Shown: piece after piece, positions 28,908-39,465 of the stretch | Numbering within the stretch: position 1 is the stretch's first letter | How the letters are laid out: each line of letters opens with the position of its first letter | NCBI GenBank assembly: GCA_963662285.2 | Contig: CAXXMV010000002.1 | Span: 480,001 to 544,000, forward strand | Direction: 5' to 3' | Origin: a bacterium | GTDB lineage: Bacteria > Hinthialibacterota > Hinthialibacteria > Hinthialibacterales > Hinthialibacteraceae | Length of the DNA: 64,000 nucleotides | Made by a program: the position numbers and the translations under genes | Notes under the pieces: generated by a model | The model's database searches: none | What the model was told of the DNA's origin: nothing | Seen by the model: the letters and a program-made list of their open reading frames with translations, nothing else

Positions 28908-31832
28908 ATGCTGTATCGGACTACACTTATTGTTGCTTTTTGCGTTTTTTTCTTTTGCGGGCAGTTGTCTTATAGCGCTATAGAACTTATTGACCAACCG
29001 GAGAAACCCGCTCATATTGTCGGAACGATTTATACAATCGCTCAACAATCTCCTATCATCGAGCATGTCACTGGTTGGGGTTCATATTTGTATTTATCGG
29101 TGCGCTATTTGAATGGAGATCAGAAACTAGAAGTATGGGATGTGCGTGATCCGGCCCATCCGGTCTTAAGCGATTCTCTGGATTTTGGCAATCTCGTTTC
29201 TCAACCCACCAATCATTGGAAATTCCCCAGCGTCAATGTATTTGATGATAAAATTGTAGTCCGGTCAAATTTCCAGGATTATGTTTACTATCATGCGCCG
29301 GATGGACAACTAATCCTATCAGGTTCTCATGATTTTGCGGCTTCCATAGGTGAAATAAAGAACAACGAAGAATCTCTTTTTATGAGTTCTGCGTCCAGTT
29401 ATGGTACATTTTTTGGCCGATTATTTGATCCTGGTGACGTATTGCCTGAAGAAGAATATGGATACTTAATTCTTAATTTCACCAATCCGGAAAATCCGTT
29501 TGTATCCACTCTCGTTCCCCCGAGTTCTAAAGAAATTATGCAGCAACAGTTTGGCGGTCACCTGACCGGTTCATTAGAAAATAATCCCGCTGTTATTCAT
29601 ACTAATGGAAACCAGATTTCGATTAACGCCCGCAAAGTTAAAGCTGATAGCCACATCGATATCTTTTGGGAACCGCATCTACCAGAAATTTTCAATATGG
29701 AAACCCTGGACCGCACTGTGCGTTCCCAGATCGACCATATTGTCGGACAACAATCGTCTATCGAACTGCTTTCTAGCGTAATAGACCAATTTTTCGATTC
29801 CCTTGAGATCGAAGATTCGCTAACTATAGAAGATTCCATTCTCCGTGGTTACCAGCAAAATGCTGAACTGGCATCCATTTTTGAGGATTATGACATTGAC
29901 TTGGATCAAAGCGTACGGGTTGCAATAGAAAAGGTTATTTCCTTTCACATGACGCTTGATCTGGAAAAAGAGTTATCCAAAGAATTATTCGGTCCGGTAT
30001 TATCGAATTGGACTGATAATCTATTTATTTTGTCTACCAACGGCACGCGGGATGACCTGAAAACCTCAATAACCAGTATCCTGAACGATGGACTATCAAA
30101 AGAGACCGTCGCCCGTTTTATTCTGGATAAATTTATTGCGCCCTATGTCGATGTTCCCGATTGGATGTATTGGACTATGGATGACATAGTTGACCAGATT
30201 GTTAATTCTGTACCGGGAGAAATAATTAGCGCAAGTATCTATGCAGCAAATCAAATGCTTAACGCTGATGGATTTCTAGAATTTGCATTAAGTCTCGTCC
30301 CGCCAGCAGAAAAATTCTATTTACCAGCGGGTTTTCCTGAAGATTGCCGGGATGTATTGGAATACGCCTTTTACGAATATGGGGCCAAATTGGATCGCGA
30401 AGGTCTCGCTTTTATGGAAATGTTTAAGTTCTATGAGTATTACAACGGCAACGAGAACTACTTGGATTTCAACCAGGAATTTGCCGACGCCGTGGCATAT
30501 ATACAGGATAATTTATCCGATTCAGTAGTGGAAACTATTGAACCTTTCATGTCCTCTTTATCCTTCATCGGGGATATCCAGGAGCGCCTGGAAGCATTTG
30601 CCAGTGGGTTTTCTTGCAAAGAAACTATTTCATTAGCCATTCGGGATGCGGTTATAGCCCGGCTGGTTGATGCCGAAATCAATGTTGATATGTCTCTTCG
30701 CGATGTGTTGAAAGAACATAGTTTATACCTCGACTGGGCGGATATTAGTGGAGATGCAAGCGGTGGTATAGCCCAAGTAAATGATTTCATTCAGGTATTA
30801 CAGGACGATTTGAATGAATCGCAGACCTCTATCCGCTCTCTGTGGAATGAAGGCAAACATTATCCCATCCGGATTGAAGAAGCTTGCCGCAAGGTCCTTG
30901 CGGAATCTTTAGAAGAAGCCTGGGGAGAATTGGATCTCGATAATCCTATGATAACATCTCTTAGGGGATTTCTTGGCAATCATGTGGATTACCGCTGGAC
31001 CTTCGGGCAAGGTATGGATGACCTAATGAAAGATTTCGCTTTTAGTTGCTTAAGCGAGTATCCCCCCTTTCTAGATAACCTTGGCCTTTTCAAGCGAGCG
31101 CAAGATGGAGATGTAATTGCGAGATGGCAGATTACTTTCCAGATTGCTAAAACCATTGCTGCTTCAAATCCATTTACTGAGGATAAAGCAATTAGTTATG
31201 AAATCATCGAGACAGCGCTCGAAGAGGCCTATGAGAAAGCCATTACCAATATTATTAAAGCTTTACTCATGGAGTTTGCCCAGGTTATGATGGGTGATAT
31301 GTTCGGAAGTTTTTCAACATGGGCTACCCGGACAGACCCCATATCTATGACCTTTGACGCCGCAGAACTTACTTCGTTAGATTCAGTGAGAAACGAATCC
31401 TTTGTATGGAAAAAGCAAGCCGGATTAGTCGCTAGAGAATCATGGGATTACTTACATGCTCGCAAACTATCTCTGACCCTGTTCAATCCCGATAATCCCA
31501 TTGAAAGCAAGCAGGAAATTATCTTTGATGGATGGGGCGGCGTTGATTATATTCATTTCCATCAGGGTAATGTTCTCGTCTGTGGTTCAATGTACGAAGG
31601 ATACGGCGTCTGGCCTACCGCCATGCTAGCGTCAATTTCCAAAGACCGTGTTGAGATTAACCGACTTCGGGCTTTCGGACTCGCTTCCTCCGAAGGCTTG
31701 ACCAGCGTCAACCATAACGCCCACCTGGTGTTTTACGGACCAGCGGGAATATTTCTGGTAACCAACCCGCTAACCGTATCTCCTGCGCAACAAATACCCG
31801 ATACGGGTATTTGTGACTGGATGTGTTACTAA
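28908..31832 (+). CDS. Large secreted hypothetical protein (LVIVD-like N-terminus, acidic helical core, C-terminal W-x-x-Y motif)
   Basis: GGAGG RBS, signal peptide, YLYL...LEVWDVRDPAHP; ends TGICDWMCY. Confidence 0.75.
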   Translation: MLYRTTLIVAFCVFFFCGQLSYSAIELIDQPEKPAHIVGTIYTIAQQSPIIEHVTGWGSYLYLSVRYLNGDQKLEVWDVRDPAHPVLSDSLDFGNLVSQPTNHWKFPSVNVFDDKIVVRSNFQDYVYYHAPDGQLILSGSHDFAASIGEIKNNEESLFMSSASSYGTFFGRLFDPGDVLPEEEYGYLILNFTNPENPFVSTLVPPSSKEIMQQQFGGHLTGSLENNPAVIHTNGNQISINARKVKADSHIDIFWEPHLPEIFNMETLDRTVRSQIDHIVGQQSSIELLSSVIDQFFDSLEIEDSLTIEDSILRGYQQNAELASIFEDYDIDLDQSVRVAIEKVISFHMTLDLEKELSKELFGPVLSNWTDNLFILSTNGTRDDLKTSITSILNDGLSKETVARFILDKFIAPYVDVPDWMYWTMDDIVDQIVNSVPGEIISASIYAANQMLNADGFLEFALSLVPPAEKFYLPAGFPEDCRDVLEYAFYEYGAKLDREGLAFMEMFKFYEYYNGNENYLDFNQEFADAVAYIQDNLSDSVVETIEPFMSSLSFIGDIQERLEAFASGFSCKETISLAIRDAVIARLVDAEINVDMSLRDVLKEHSLYLDWADISGDASGGIAQVNDFIQVLQDDLNESQTSIRSLWNEGKHYPIRIEEACRKVLAESLEEAWGELDLDNPMITSLRGFLGNHVDYRWTFGQGMDDLMKDFAFSCLSEYPPFLDNLGLFKRAQDGDVIARWQITFQIAKTIAASNPFTEDKAISYEIIETALEEAYEKAITNIIKALLMEFAQVMMGDMFGSFSTWATRTDPISMTFDAAELTSLDSVRNESFVWKKQAGLVARESWDYLHARKLSLTLFNPDNPIESKQEIIFDGWGGVDYIHFHQGNVLVCGSMYEGYGVWPTAMLASISKDRVEINRLRAFGLASSEGLTSVNHNAHLVFYGPAGIFLVTNPLTVSPAQQIPDTGICDWMCY

Positions 31833-31876
31833 ATCAGTTATTAACAAGATATAATCGTTTATTAACGCGTTAAGTA

Positions 31877-31911
31877 TTCGAAAAAGCCAATCTTTATCTG
31901 GCTTTTTCGAA
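31877..31911. terminator. Rho-independent terminator
   Basis: ttcgaaaaagcca...tggctttttcgaa. Confidence 0.7.
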
Positions 31912-32197
31912 ACGCGAATAAGAATGTTATTATGCCTGACGCGCTAGACGAAATTTTGCCTGCACAAAATAGGAATAGCAACCTAAATATTGCTCATCGT
32001 GGTTTAACAGATGACTATTGATTTGGACGAGAGGATATGATATAAAGGCAATATCGTTATCTATATAAGATTGATATTTTCGGAAGATTTTTTCCCGTTG
32101 GATTCAAGAATTGGTCATTTGGAGTGGATGGATTGTTTCATTAAGATAGTGACTTTGTTTGAGCCGATTGGTTGTAATTACATATTGGAGGAGAACG

Positions 32198-33427
32198 ATG
32201 TCAGTCGTCACTTTTTTCTGTGGCTCATATTGTAATGGGAAAGATATCGCTAAGCGCACAGCGCAAGAACTGGGATACGTCTTCACCAAAAAAGAGATTC
32301 TTGAGAACGCTTCAGCTCAATACCAGGTTTCCTATGATAAACTGGAGCGAGCGTTGCATGGGGCCACTTCTTTACTGAATAGCGTGACTCAGGAGCGGGA
32401 AAAATGCGTGGCTTATATTAAAGCCGCTTTAGCAGAGTATTTAAAAAAAGACGGTTTTGTCTATTGTGGTTACGCCGCCCATCTATTGCCTAAAACGCTT
32501 AATCATGTTCTCCGGGTTTGCGTCGTCGCGGACCGCGACTATCGGATCAGGCAGGCCATGGAGATCAGTTCGCTGACTGAAAAACAGGCCGTTCAACAGA
32601 TCGAACGCGATGACGAACTGCAGTGTCAATGGACCCAATATCTGTTCGATACCGGTCCGTGGGATCGAAAACTATACGACATCAAGATACCTCTTCATAC
32701 CATGAGCGTCGACGACGCCGTTGCGTTGATTTGCGAAAACGTCCGGAAAGAGACGCTTCAAACCACCATTGCTTCGCAGCAGGCCGTCGACGATTTTATC
32801 CTCTCCTCGAAAGTGAATATCGCTCTGATCGAAAAAGGTTACATTGTTGATACGAGCTGTGATGCCGGGCAGATTATCATCACGATCAACAAATTCACCT
32901 GGCGTTTGGAGCGGATGAAAGCAAAACTCACCGAAATTGCTCATACCGTGCCGGGTGTAACCGATGTAGTAACCCGCATCGGGCCTCATTTCGACCGTCC
33001 CCGGATTTCTCCACTCGACTTCGAAGTTCCTTCTCAGGTGTTGTTAGTTGACGATGAGAAGGAATTTGTTTTGACTCTATCCGAACGCCTTAAGATGAGA
33101 CAAATTCCATCTCAAGTGGTTTACGATGGGGAAGCCGCTCTGTCGTTCGTCAAAGATGAAGAACCGGATGTGATTGTGCTAGACTTGAAGATGCCGGGGA
33201 TACAGGGAATGGACGTTTTACGACAGGTAAAGCGGGATCATCCCAACATCGAAATCATCATTCTAACAGGGCATGGTTCTGAGAAGGACGAAGAACTGAC
33301 CCGCGACCTGGGCGCCTTCGCATACTTACAGAAACCGGTTGATATCGATAAACTGGCCGAAACCATGAAGGCCGCATACGAAAAAATTCAAAAGCAAGCA
33401 ATCTCACAGTCAGATACCGAATCCTGA
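32198..33427 (+). CDS. Cytidylate-kinase-like domain fused to a response regulator receiver
   Basis: N-terminal Cytidylate_kin2-like region; C-terminal LLVDDE...LDLKMP...LTGHG...KP; GGAGG RBS before 32198. Confidence 0.85.
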   Translation: MSVVTFFCGSYCNGKDIAKRTAQELGYVFTKKEILENASAQYQVSYDKLERALHGATSLLNSVTQEREKCVAYIKAALAEYLKKDGFVYCGYAAHLLPKTLNHVLRVCVVADRDYRIRQAMEISSLTEKQAVQQIERDDELQCQWTQYLFDTGPWDRKLYDIKIPLHTMSVDDAVALICENVRKETLQTTIASQQAVDDFILSSKVNIALIEKGYIVDTSCDAGQIIITINKFTWRLERMKAKLTEIAHTVPGVTDVVTRIGPHFDRPRISPLDFEVPSQVLLVDDEKEFVLTLSERLKMRQIPSQVVYDGEAALSFVKDEEPDVIVLDLKMPGIQGMDVLRQVKRDHPNIEIIILTGHGSEKDEELTRDLGAFAYLQKPVDIDKLAETMKAAYEKIQKQAISQSDTES

Positions 33428-33453
33428 TTCGCATAGGGCTATCATCCAACCTC

Positions 33454-35181
33454 ATGAACATTTGGCAATGGCTGTGGAAAAAAATTATTCTGGATGGAGA
33501 ATTGGAATCTCTCGAAGGTGGAGATCAAGTCGTACGTTACCACCGTCTGTGGCGCCGTTCTGTTCTGATGCTGTCGACATTTTGCCTGCTTCCGTTGTTT
33601 ATCATGACCGCTGCGAATTACTATCAATACCGCCAGGCAATGCATCAGCAAATGATTCAGCCGATTTATCGGCAAACGTCTAATATGAAGCGGTCATTGG
33701 CTTTTCTGTTGGAAGAACGGCGTTTTGCGCTGAATTTCCTCGTCCGGGAAAGATCGTTTCAGGAATTAACCGATCAGAAGAAATTGGGGGAGACGTTGAA
33801 GCATCTCACCCAGACGTTTGGTGGTTTTGTCGATCTGGGCTTGATCGATTCCAAGGGGCATCAGATTTCCTATGCTGGTCCCTATGATCTGATGGGCAAG
33901 AATTACGCCGAACAGGACTGGTTCCATGAACTGGTATTACGGGGGGCCTTGGTCAGCGATATGTTCAAGGGGTATCGGAATTTTCCTCATTTTGTTATCG
34001 CTGTGAAATGCGACGATCATTCCGAATCGTTTTTCGTATTGCGTGCTACTGTGGATATGGATATTTTACACCAGAGAATCCGGGCGCTCTCCCTGCCGCC
34101 ATCCAGCGATGCGTTTTTGATCAATCGTGATGGCGTTTTCCAGACCCCATCGCGCTTTTACGGGAACGTCATGGAGCAATGCCCATTTGAAATCCCTCCT
34201 CTCTCCGAATCGACCGAAATTATCGAAGACGCCTTTCTTGACGATCACCCATACATTTTAGCCTATTCCTATATTCAACAATCGCCATTCATATTCATAG
34301 CCATATCCGATCCTTCAGAGTTGCAAAAAAACTGGTTTGCTTTACGGCGCGAACTGCTTGTTTTCTTGATCATCAGCATAATCATTATTTTGACCTTGAT
34401 TATTGCCACCTCCACTTATCTGGTGTCACGGATTCGCGATGCCGATCAAAAACGGAATCATCTGTTTCACGAAATGGAATACACCAATAAAATGGCGTCT
34501 ATCGGTCGGCTCGCTTCCGGCGTGGCGCACGAAATCAACAACCCACTGGCTATCATCTATGAAAAAACCGGTCTGCTTAAAGACCTGCTTTCTATGGATA
34601 ATGACTTTCCCCATAAAGACCGGATTATTCGTTTCGCCGATTCGATAACGTCTTCCGTCGAAAGGTGCCGGACAATTACCCATCGAATGCTTGGTTTCGC
34701 TAAACATATGGATATACAGATGGAATCTGTCGATTTGACTCTATTAATTCAAGAAGTTCTTGGGTTTTTGGAAAAAGAGGCGCATTATCGTAAAGTTACA
34801 ATTTCTATTAAAACGTCAGATGATTGCCCCATGATCCAAAGCGACCGTGGACAGCTGCAACAGGTTTTCCTCAATATTATCAACAACGCCTTTGCTGCTG
34901 TCGTCGATGGTGGACGAATCGATATCGAGTTGAAATCTGTGGATCAATCCAATGTGTCAATCACGATTATTGATAACGGGTCCGGTATTCCAAAAGAATA
35001 TCTCACACATATCTTCGAGCCGTTTTTTACGACGAAAAAGAATTATGGAACCGGTTTAGGATTGTCTATTACCTATGGAATCGTAGCGAAACTTGGAGGG
35101 CGGATTACGGTTGATAGCATCGTCGGCGAGGGAACGACCTTTACAGTAACCTTGCCTGTAATGAAAACAATTATTGGTTGA
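33454..35181 (+). CDS. Sensor histidine kinase with periplasmic Cache-like domain
   Basis: Two TMs; GVAHEINNPL, NIINNA, DNGSGI, FEPFFTTK and GTGLGL motifs. Confidence 0.93.
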   Translation: MNIWQWLWKKIILDGELESLEGGDQVVRYHRLWRRSVLMLSTFCLLPLFIMTAANYYQYRQAMHQQMIQPIYRQTSNMKRSLAFLLEERRFALNFLVRERSFQELTDQKKLGETLKHLTQTFGGFVDLGLIDSKGHQISYAGPYDLMGKNYAEQDWFHELVLRGALVSDMFKGYRNFPHFVIAVKCDDHSESFFVLRATVDMDILHQRIRALSLPPSSDAFLINRDGVFQTPSRFYGNVMEQCPFEIPPLSESTEIIEDAFLDDHPYILAYSYIQQSPFIFIAISDPSELQKNWFALRRELLVFLIISIIIILTLIIATSTYLVSRIRDADQKRNHLFHEMEYTNKMASIGRLASGVAHEINNPLAIIYEKTGLLKDLLSMDNDFPHKDRIIRFADSITSSVERCRTITHRMLGFAKHMDIQMESVDLTLLIQEVLGFLEKEAHYRKVTISIKTSDDCPMIQSDRGQLQQVFLNIINNAFAAVVDGGRIDIELKSVDQSNVSITIIDNGSGIPKEYLTHIFEPFFTTKKNYGTGLGLSITYGIVAKLGGRITVDSIVGEGTTFTVTLPVMKTIIG

Positions 35182-35187
35182 CGAATT

Positions 35188-35562
35188 ATGAAATCTTATA
35201 GCGTCTTACTTGTCGATGACGAAGCGGAACTGGTCTATACCCTGGCCGAACGGCTTGTATTCCGGGGGATTGATACAGCTGCGGTTACAGATGGAAATGC
35301 CGTTTTAAACATCTTGGATCAACGGGAATATGATATCATTGTTTTGGATGTCATTATGCCTGGTTTGAATGGGATTGAATTGATGAAAACGATTAAGCAG
35401 AATCACCCCAAAATCCAGGTTATCCTTCAAAGTGGTCGGGGTACACAAGAAGAGAGTATAGAAGGTTTGCGCGAAGGCGCATTCGATTATCTCGTTAAGC
35501 CTGTCGATATCGACATGTTAATCAAGAAAATGGATCAAGCCATGGAATTATCAAATCGGTGA
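35188..35562 (+). CDS. Single-domain response regulator
   Basis: LLVDDE, LDVIMPG and KP motifs. Confidence 0.92.
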   Translation: MKSYSVLLVDDEAELVYTLAERLVFRGIDTAAVTDGNAVLNILDQREYDIIVLDVIMPGLNGIELMKTIKQNHPKIQVILQSGRGTQEESIEGLREGAFDYLVKPVDIDMLIKKMDQAMELSNR

Positions 35563-35569
35563 CTGTAAT

Positions 35570-36229
35570 ATGGTTTTGAATGATGGGAATATTTATTACG
35601 GCCAGATGACAGCTAGTATTTCGCACGATATTAATAACGTTCTGGCGATAGTGAACGAACTGGCCGGCCTTCAAAGCGATCTGCTTTACGCGCTTGAAGA
35701 CGGAGGTGATATTGATCCTCAACGGTTTGCAAAAGCTGCAGAAGACATTCAAAAACAAGTGCAGCGGGGCAAGGCAATAATCAATCGCTTAAACCGCCTG
35801 GCGCACAGTGTTGATGATCCAATCTCTGAATTTGATCTGATGACCGTTCTCGTAGATACAGTGGAAATCGCCCAACGGCTGGCCGCAATCCGGGGAGTAA
35901 AACTTAATTGCAATCAGGATAATCAGCTTACCGTCAACAGCAATCGTTTTATTGTTCAACAAGGAGTGTTTGCTTGTCTTGCAATAGCTTATTCGTCTTT
36001 AAACGCTGGCAGTGCAGTCAATATTGATAGCGGGATTTACGAAGCGGTGGTTGAGATTCGCATGACCTCCGATTCTCCAGGCAACGCTGAAAACCTAGGT
36101 GACCGTCTTCTAGTCTTGTCCCGCATGATTGATATAATAAAAGGTAAGGTTGAACAGGTTATGCTCGGTGGTGATCAGTTATCCTTGGTGCTTTCCTTTC
36201 CTCATCACATTACTGCATTAACCGGATAG
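35570..36229 (+). CDS. Degenerate histidine kinase-like protein
   Basis: H-box ASISHDINNVL is retained, but no recognisable N, G1 or G2 boxes. Confidence 0.7.
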   Translation: MVLNDGNIYYGQMTASISHDINNVLAIVNELAGLQSDLLYALEDGGDIDPQRFAKAAEDIQKQVQRGKAIINRLNRLAHSVDDPISEFDLMTVLVDTVEIAQRLAAIRGVKLNCNQDNQLTVNSNRFIVQQGVFACLAIAYSSLNAGSAVNIDSGIYEAVVEIRMTSDSPGNAENLGDRLLVLSRMIDIIKGKVEQVMLGGDQLSLVLSFPHHITALTG

Positions 36230-36278
36230 TCGGGATCAACCGCTTGCATTCGTTCATATATCAAAATGGAGTCTGGCG

Positions 36279-36710
36279 ATGACGCAAACCAAAGTGTTGC
36301 TAGTTGATGACGAAATCGATTTCACAAAAGTGCTCTCTCAACGCCTCGAAGCCAGAGGTCTTGACGTTGATATTGCAGAAAACGGAGTCCGGGCATTGGA
36401 GATGGTCCAGCAGGATAATTATGATATTATTCTTCTCGATTTGCGTATGCCGGAAATGGATGGTTTAGAAACCTTGAAAAGGTTACGGGAAGAACGGCCA
36501 GACTTACATGTGGTTTTGCTAACCGGCCAAGGCGATCTGAAGAGCGGTGTTGAAGCGATGAAACTGGGCGCGACCGATTTTATGGAAAAACCAGCGGATA
36601 TCAAAGAAATTATGGAAAAGATCAATGATGCCAAAACGCAAAAAGCCATCCTGGCCGAAAAGATCGTTGAAGAAAGCATTCAACAAATATTAGGAACAAA
36701 AGGCTGGTAA
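36279..36710 (+). CDS. Single-domain response regulator
   Basis: LLVDDE, LDLRMPEMDG, LTGQG and KP motifs. Confidence 0.92.
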   Translation: MTQTKVLLVDDEIDFTKVLSQRLEARGLDVDIAENGVRALEMVQQDNYDIILLDLRMPEMDGLETLKRLREERPDLHVVLLTGQGDLKSGVEAMKLGATDFMEKPADIKEIMEKINDAKTQKAILAEKIVEESIQQILGTKGW

Positions 36711-36740
36711 AACAGGCCTTTCTTTGGAAGGATTAAACTG

Positions 36741-37274
36741 ATGGAAACAAAGCGGGCTAAAGACTTGATGATTCCACTGGAAAAATACCCGCATATTCCT
36801 TGCTGGTATACTCTCTTGCAAGCGATGGAGGAGATGGAAAAGCACCAGATTGAATTTCATGGACGAAAATCGTTGCCACGAGCCATGCTGGTTTTCGATC
36901 TGGATTCCAGTCTCAGAGGCATCATTCGTCGACGTGATATTCTTCGCGGTCTCGAGCCGGATTTCCTAACGGCCAATCCCTTTCAATACAGCAAGAAATT
37001 GTTCGACGTTGAGATCGACCCCAATCTGATTAACTTATCCTATGATAATATGATCGATGAATTTAAAAAACGGGCTGAACGACCCGTAACCGACGTAATG
37101 CTGCCTTCTGAAGTAACTGTCAATTACATGGATCACATTATGAAAATCATCTACTTGATCGTTAAGAACAATCGCAGCCTACTCCCGGTTATCAAAGACA
37201 ACCTTGTCGTCGGGGTTGTACGTTCGGTTGAAGTCTATCGTGAGATCACGCATGCATTTATGAAAAACGAGTAA
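36741..37274 (+). CDS. CBS domain protein
   Basis: AKDLMIP, LRGIIRRRDIL, VTDVM and LPVI....VGVV motifs. Confidence 0.85.
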   Translation: METKRAKDLMIPLEKYPHIPCWYTLLQAMEEMEKHQIEFHGRKSLPRAMLVFDLDSSLRGIIRRRDILRGLEPDFLTANPFQYSKKLFDVEIDPNLINLSYDNMIDEFKKRAERPVTDVMLPSEVTVNYMDHIMKIIYLIVKNNRSLLPVIKDNLVVGVVRSVEVYREITHAFMKNE

Positions 37275-37404
37275 CCGCAATCCTAAAGATATATGTATAA
37301 ATATGTTATTATTCAAATCACTTTAATTCAATTAAACAAATGGGATGAATGTCCAATTCATAGGGAACCAATACAGTCATAGTATACGAGAGACCTAAAC
37401 GCCA

Positions 37405-38910
37405 ATGAAGAATAATCATTCTCAAGCAGGTTTTTCCTCTTCCTCCAGGACGTATTTAAGCGTAAAAGTTAAACGTTTTGATTGGAAACGATTGATTTTT
37501 ATATTAACGGGACTTGTTTTGTATTGGATAGTTAGTTGCTGTGATCAATTGCCCGATGCAATCGATCCTCAAGGGGAGGTATTTCAACTTACCAGTGAAG
37601 GACGGGGGGCGTTAGCGCTTTTTTTACTCACCGCGACGTGGTGGGTTTTCGAAGTTATTCCCATTGGCGTTACCAGTATTATGGTTGGAGTAATGCAATC
37701 GCTGTTTGGCATCCGAGACGCTTCGACCGCCTTTAACGATTTCATGGATCCATCGGTCATGTTCATTTTCGCGTCTATCGTGATCGGTCTGGTGTTCACC
37801 AAAACGGGACTGACCAAACGTATGGCTTACAAAATGCTGACCCTGGTCGGGGAACGCACCAGTATGATTTACCTGGGTTGTTTCGTATTAACGGCGTCGC
37901 TTACGTTAATCATGGCTCATACCGCAGTAGCGGCGACAGTCTTCCCTTTGTTAATGGCCATCTACGCGCTGTATAAAGAGGACGATAAACCGACCCGTTT
38001 CGGTAAAGGTTTATTCATAGGTATGGCATTTACCGCCGGAGCAGGTAGTATTATCACCTTGCTGGGCGCGGCGCGAGGAGCGGTCGCCATCGGATTCTAC
38101 CGGCAAATGACAGGTCAGGAAATTTCTTTTTTCGAACTGAGTTATTATATGTTTCCCATTGGTTGGGTAATAGTTCTTCTGCTCTGGGGATTTTTCATGA
38201 TCTTTTACCGGCCCGAACGTAGTACTATTCCAGGACTTCGCAAACGGGCGCAATCCTTATACGCCAGCCTGGGACCAGTTTCGTTTATCGAAATCCTTAC
38301 TTTGGGAATCGTCACTTGCACGGTTTTAACCCTCAGTTTTAGGTCGTTCATCCCCACTTCGTATGAGATCAATAAAACAGCGATTATTCTGGTATCGACG
38401 GTTCTTTTTTTCCTCTGTAAAATATTAACGGTTGAGGATCTAGAACAAATTCCCTGGAATATCATTCTTCTTTTCGGCGGAGCGATGAGTATAGGGTATT
38501 GTCTGGATCAGACCGGAGCAGCCAAGTGGCTGGCCGTCCATTGGCTGGGAATGTTCCAGGAATCGCACTGGTTTATTTTTGTGTTGGGAATCGCCTTCTT
38601 CGTTTTAGTGATGACAAACCTGATTATGAATGTAGCGGCGATAGCCATTACGATTCCCGTCGCCATGGCTATTGCGGAGTATTTGCATGTTGCGCCCGAA
38701 ATCATTTTGTTCGCCTGCCTGGTGACGGCGGGTATGCCGTTTCTATTCCTGATTGGGGCGGCGCCTAACGCCATCGCCTACGAAAGCAAGCAGTTCACTT
38801 CTGGAGAGTTTTTCCTCGCCGGAATTCCCGCCAGCATCTTGTTGATGATTGTTTTGGCGGTTTTTATATGGTTTATTTGGCCGATGATGGGCATGCCGAC
38901 TACGGTATGA
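37405..38910 (+). CDS. SLC13/DASS family anion:sodium symporter
   Basis: WWVFEVIP, HTAVAA, IPWNIILLFGG, NVAA and APNAIAY motifs. Confidence 0.92.
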   Translation: MKNNHSQAGFSSSSRTYLSVKVKRFDWKRLIFILTGLVLYWIVSCCDQLPDAIDPQGEVFQLTSEGRGALALFLLTATWWVFEVIPIGVTSIMVGVMQSLFGIRDASTAFNDFMDPSVMFIFASIVIGLVFTKTGLTKRMAYKMLTLVGERTSMIYLGCFVLTASLTLIMAHTAVAATVFPLLMAIYALYKEDDKPTRFGKGLFIGMAFTAGAGSIITLLGAARGAVAIGFYRQMTGQEISFFELSYYMFPIGWVIVLLLWGFFMIFYRPERSTIPGLRKRAQSLYASLGPVSFIEILTLGIVTCTVLTLSFRSFIPTSYEINKTAIILVSTVLFFLCKILTVEDLEQIPWNIILLFGGAMSIGYCLDQTGAAKWLAVHWLGMFQESHWFIFVLGIAFFVLVMTNLIMNVAAIAITIPVAMAIAEYLHVAPEIILFACLVTAGMPFLFLIGAAPNAIAYESKQFTSGEFFLAGIPASILLMIVLAVFIWFIWPMMGMPTTV

Positions 38911-39046
38911 CCTTTTAAGATTCGGATCAAACCATAAATATCGTAATAAACACGCTTTCTGGATATTGCGTACTCGCATGGAATTGATCTTTGCCTGATC
39001 ATCTACAATTATTGATGCGGACAATTAAACAATCTGTTGACGCATC

Positions 39047-39166
39047 TCAAACAATTCCCTTATGATCTGATTTTTCTCTCTTTTCTTTCCGCTTCTCTTT
39101 TGGGGTTTGCTTGCTCTTTTTCTGTACTTCTCGTTTGCCTTTATCTCTTTTTCCCTTGTCACCCAT
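39047..39166 (-). CDS. Small Lys/Arg-rich protein (39 aa), absent from the ORF track
   Basis: AAGAGG RBS, then MGDKGKRDKGKREVQKKSKQTPKEKRKEKREKSDHKGIV*. Confidence 0.65.
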   Translation of the reverse strand: MGDKGKRDKGKREVQKKSKQTPKEKRKEKREKSDHKGIV

Positions 39167-39465
39167 TATGGCCTCTTTTCTTTTCTAGAAATTACTTAAG
39201 CTAATAAATATATAGTTCTTATATCCCTATGTTCATTATAGCCGTATATTGAAATTATTACTATTTATATTAGTTTGGGCATTAAGATCAGGGAAAAATC
39301 ACAATTAATGACTACGTAACAAGAGGATTTAATGGATAAATAAACTCTAACAACGATTGATTCCACCTTACGAAATAGAAGGTTTCCCTTATTTTAAAAA
39401 GATAAAGGCAATCTGCTTGGATCGTATATTGGAAGGCTACTACTGTTTTCAAGATGATATACATT

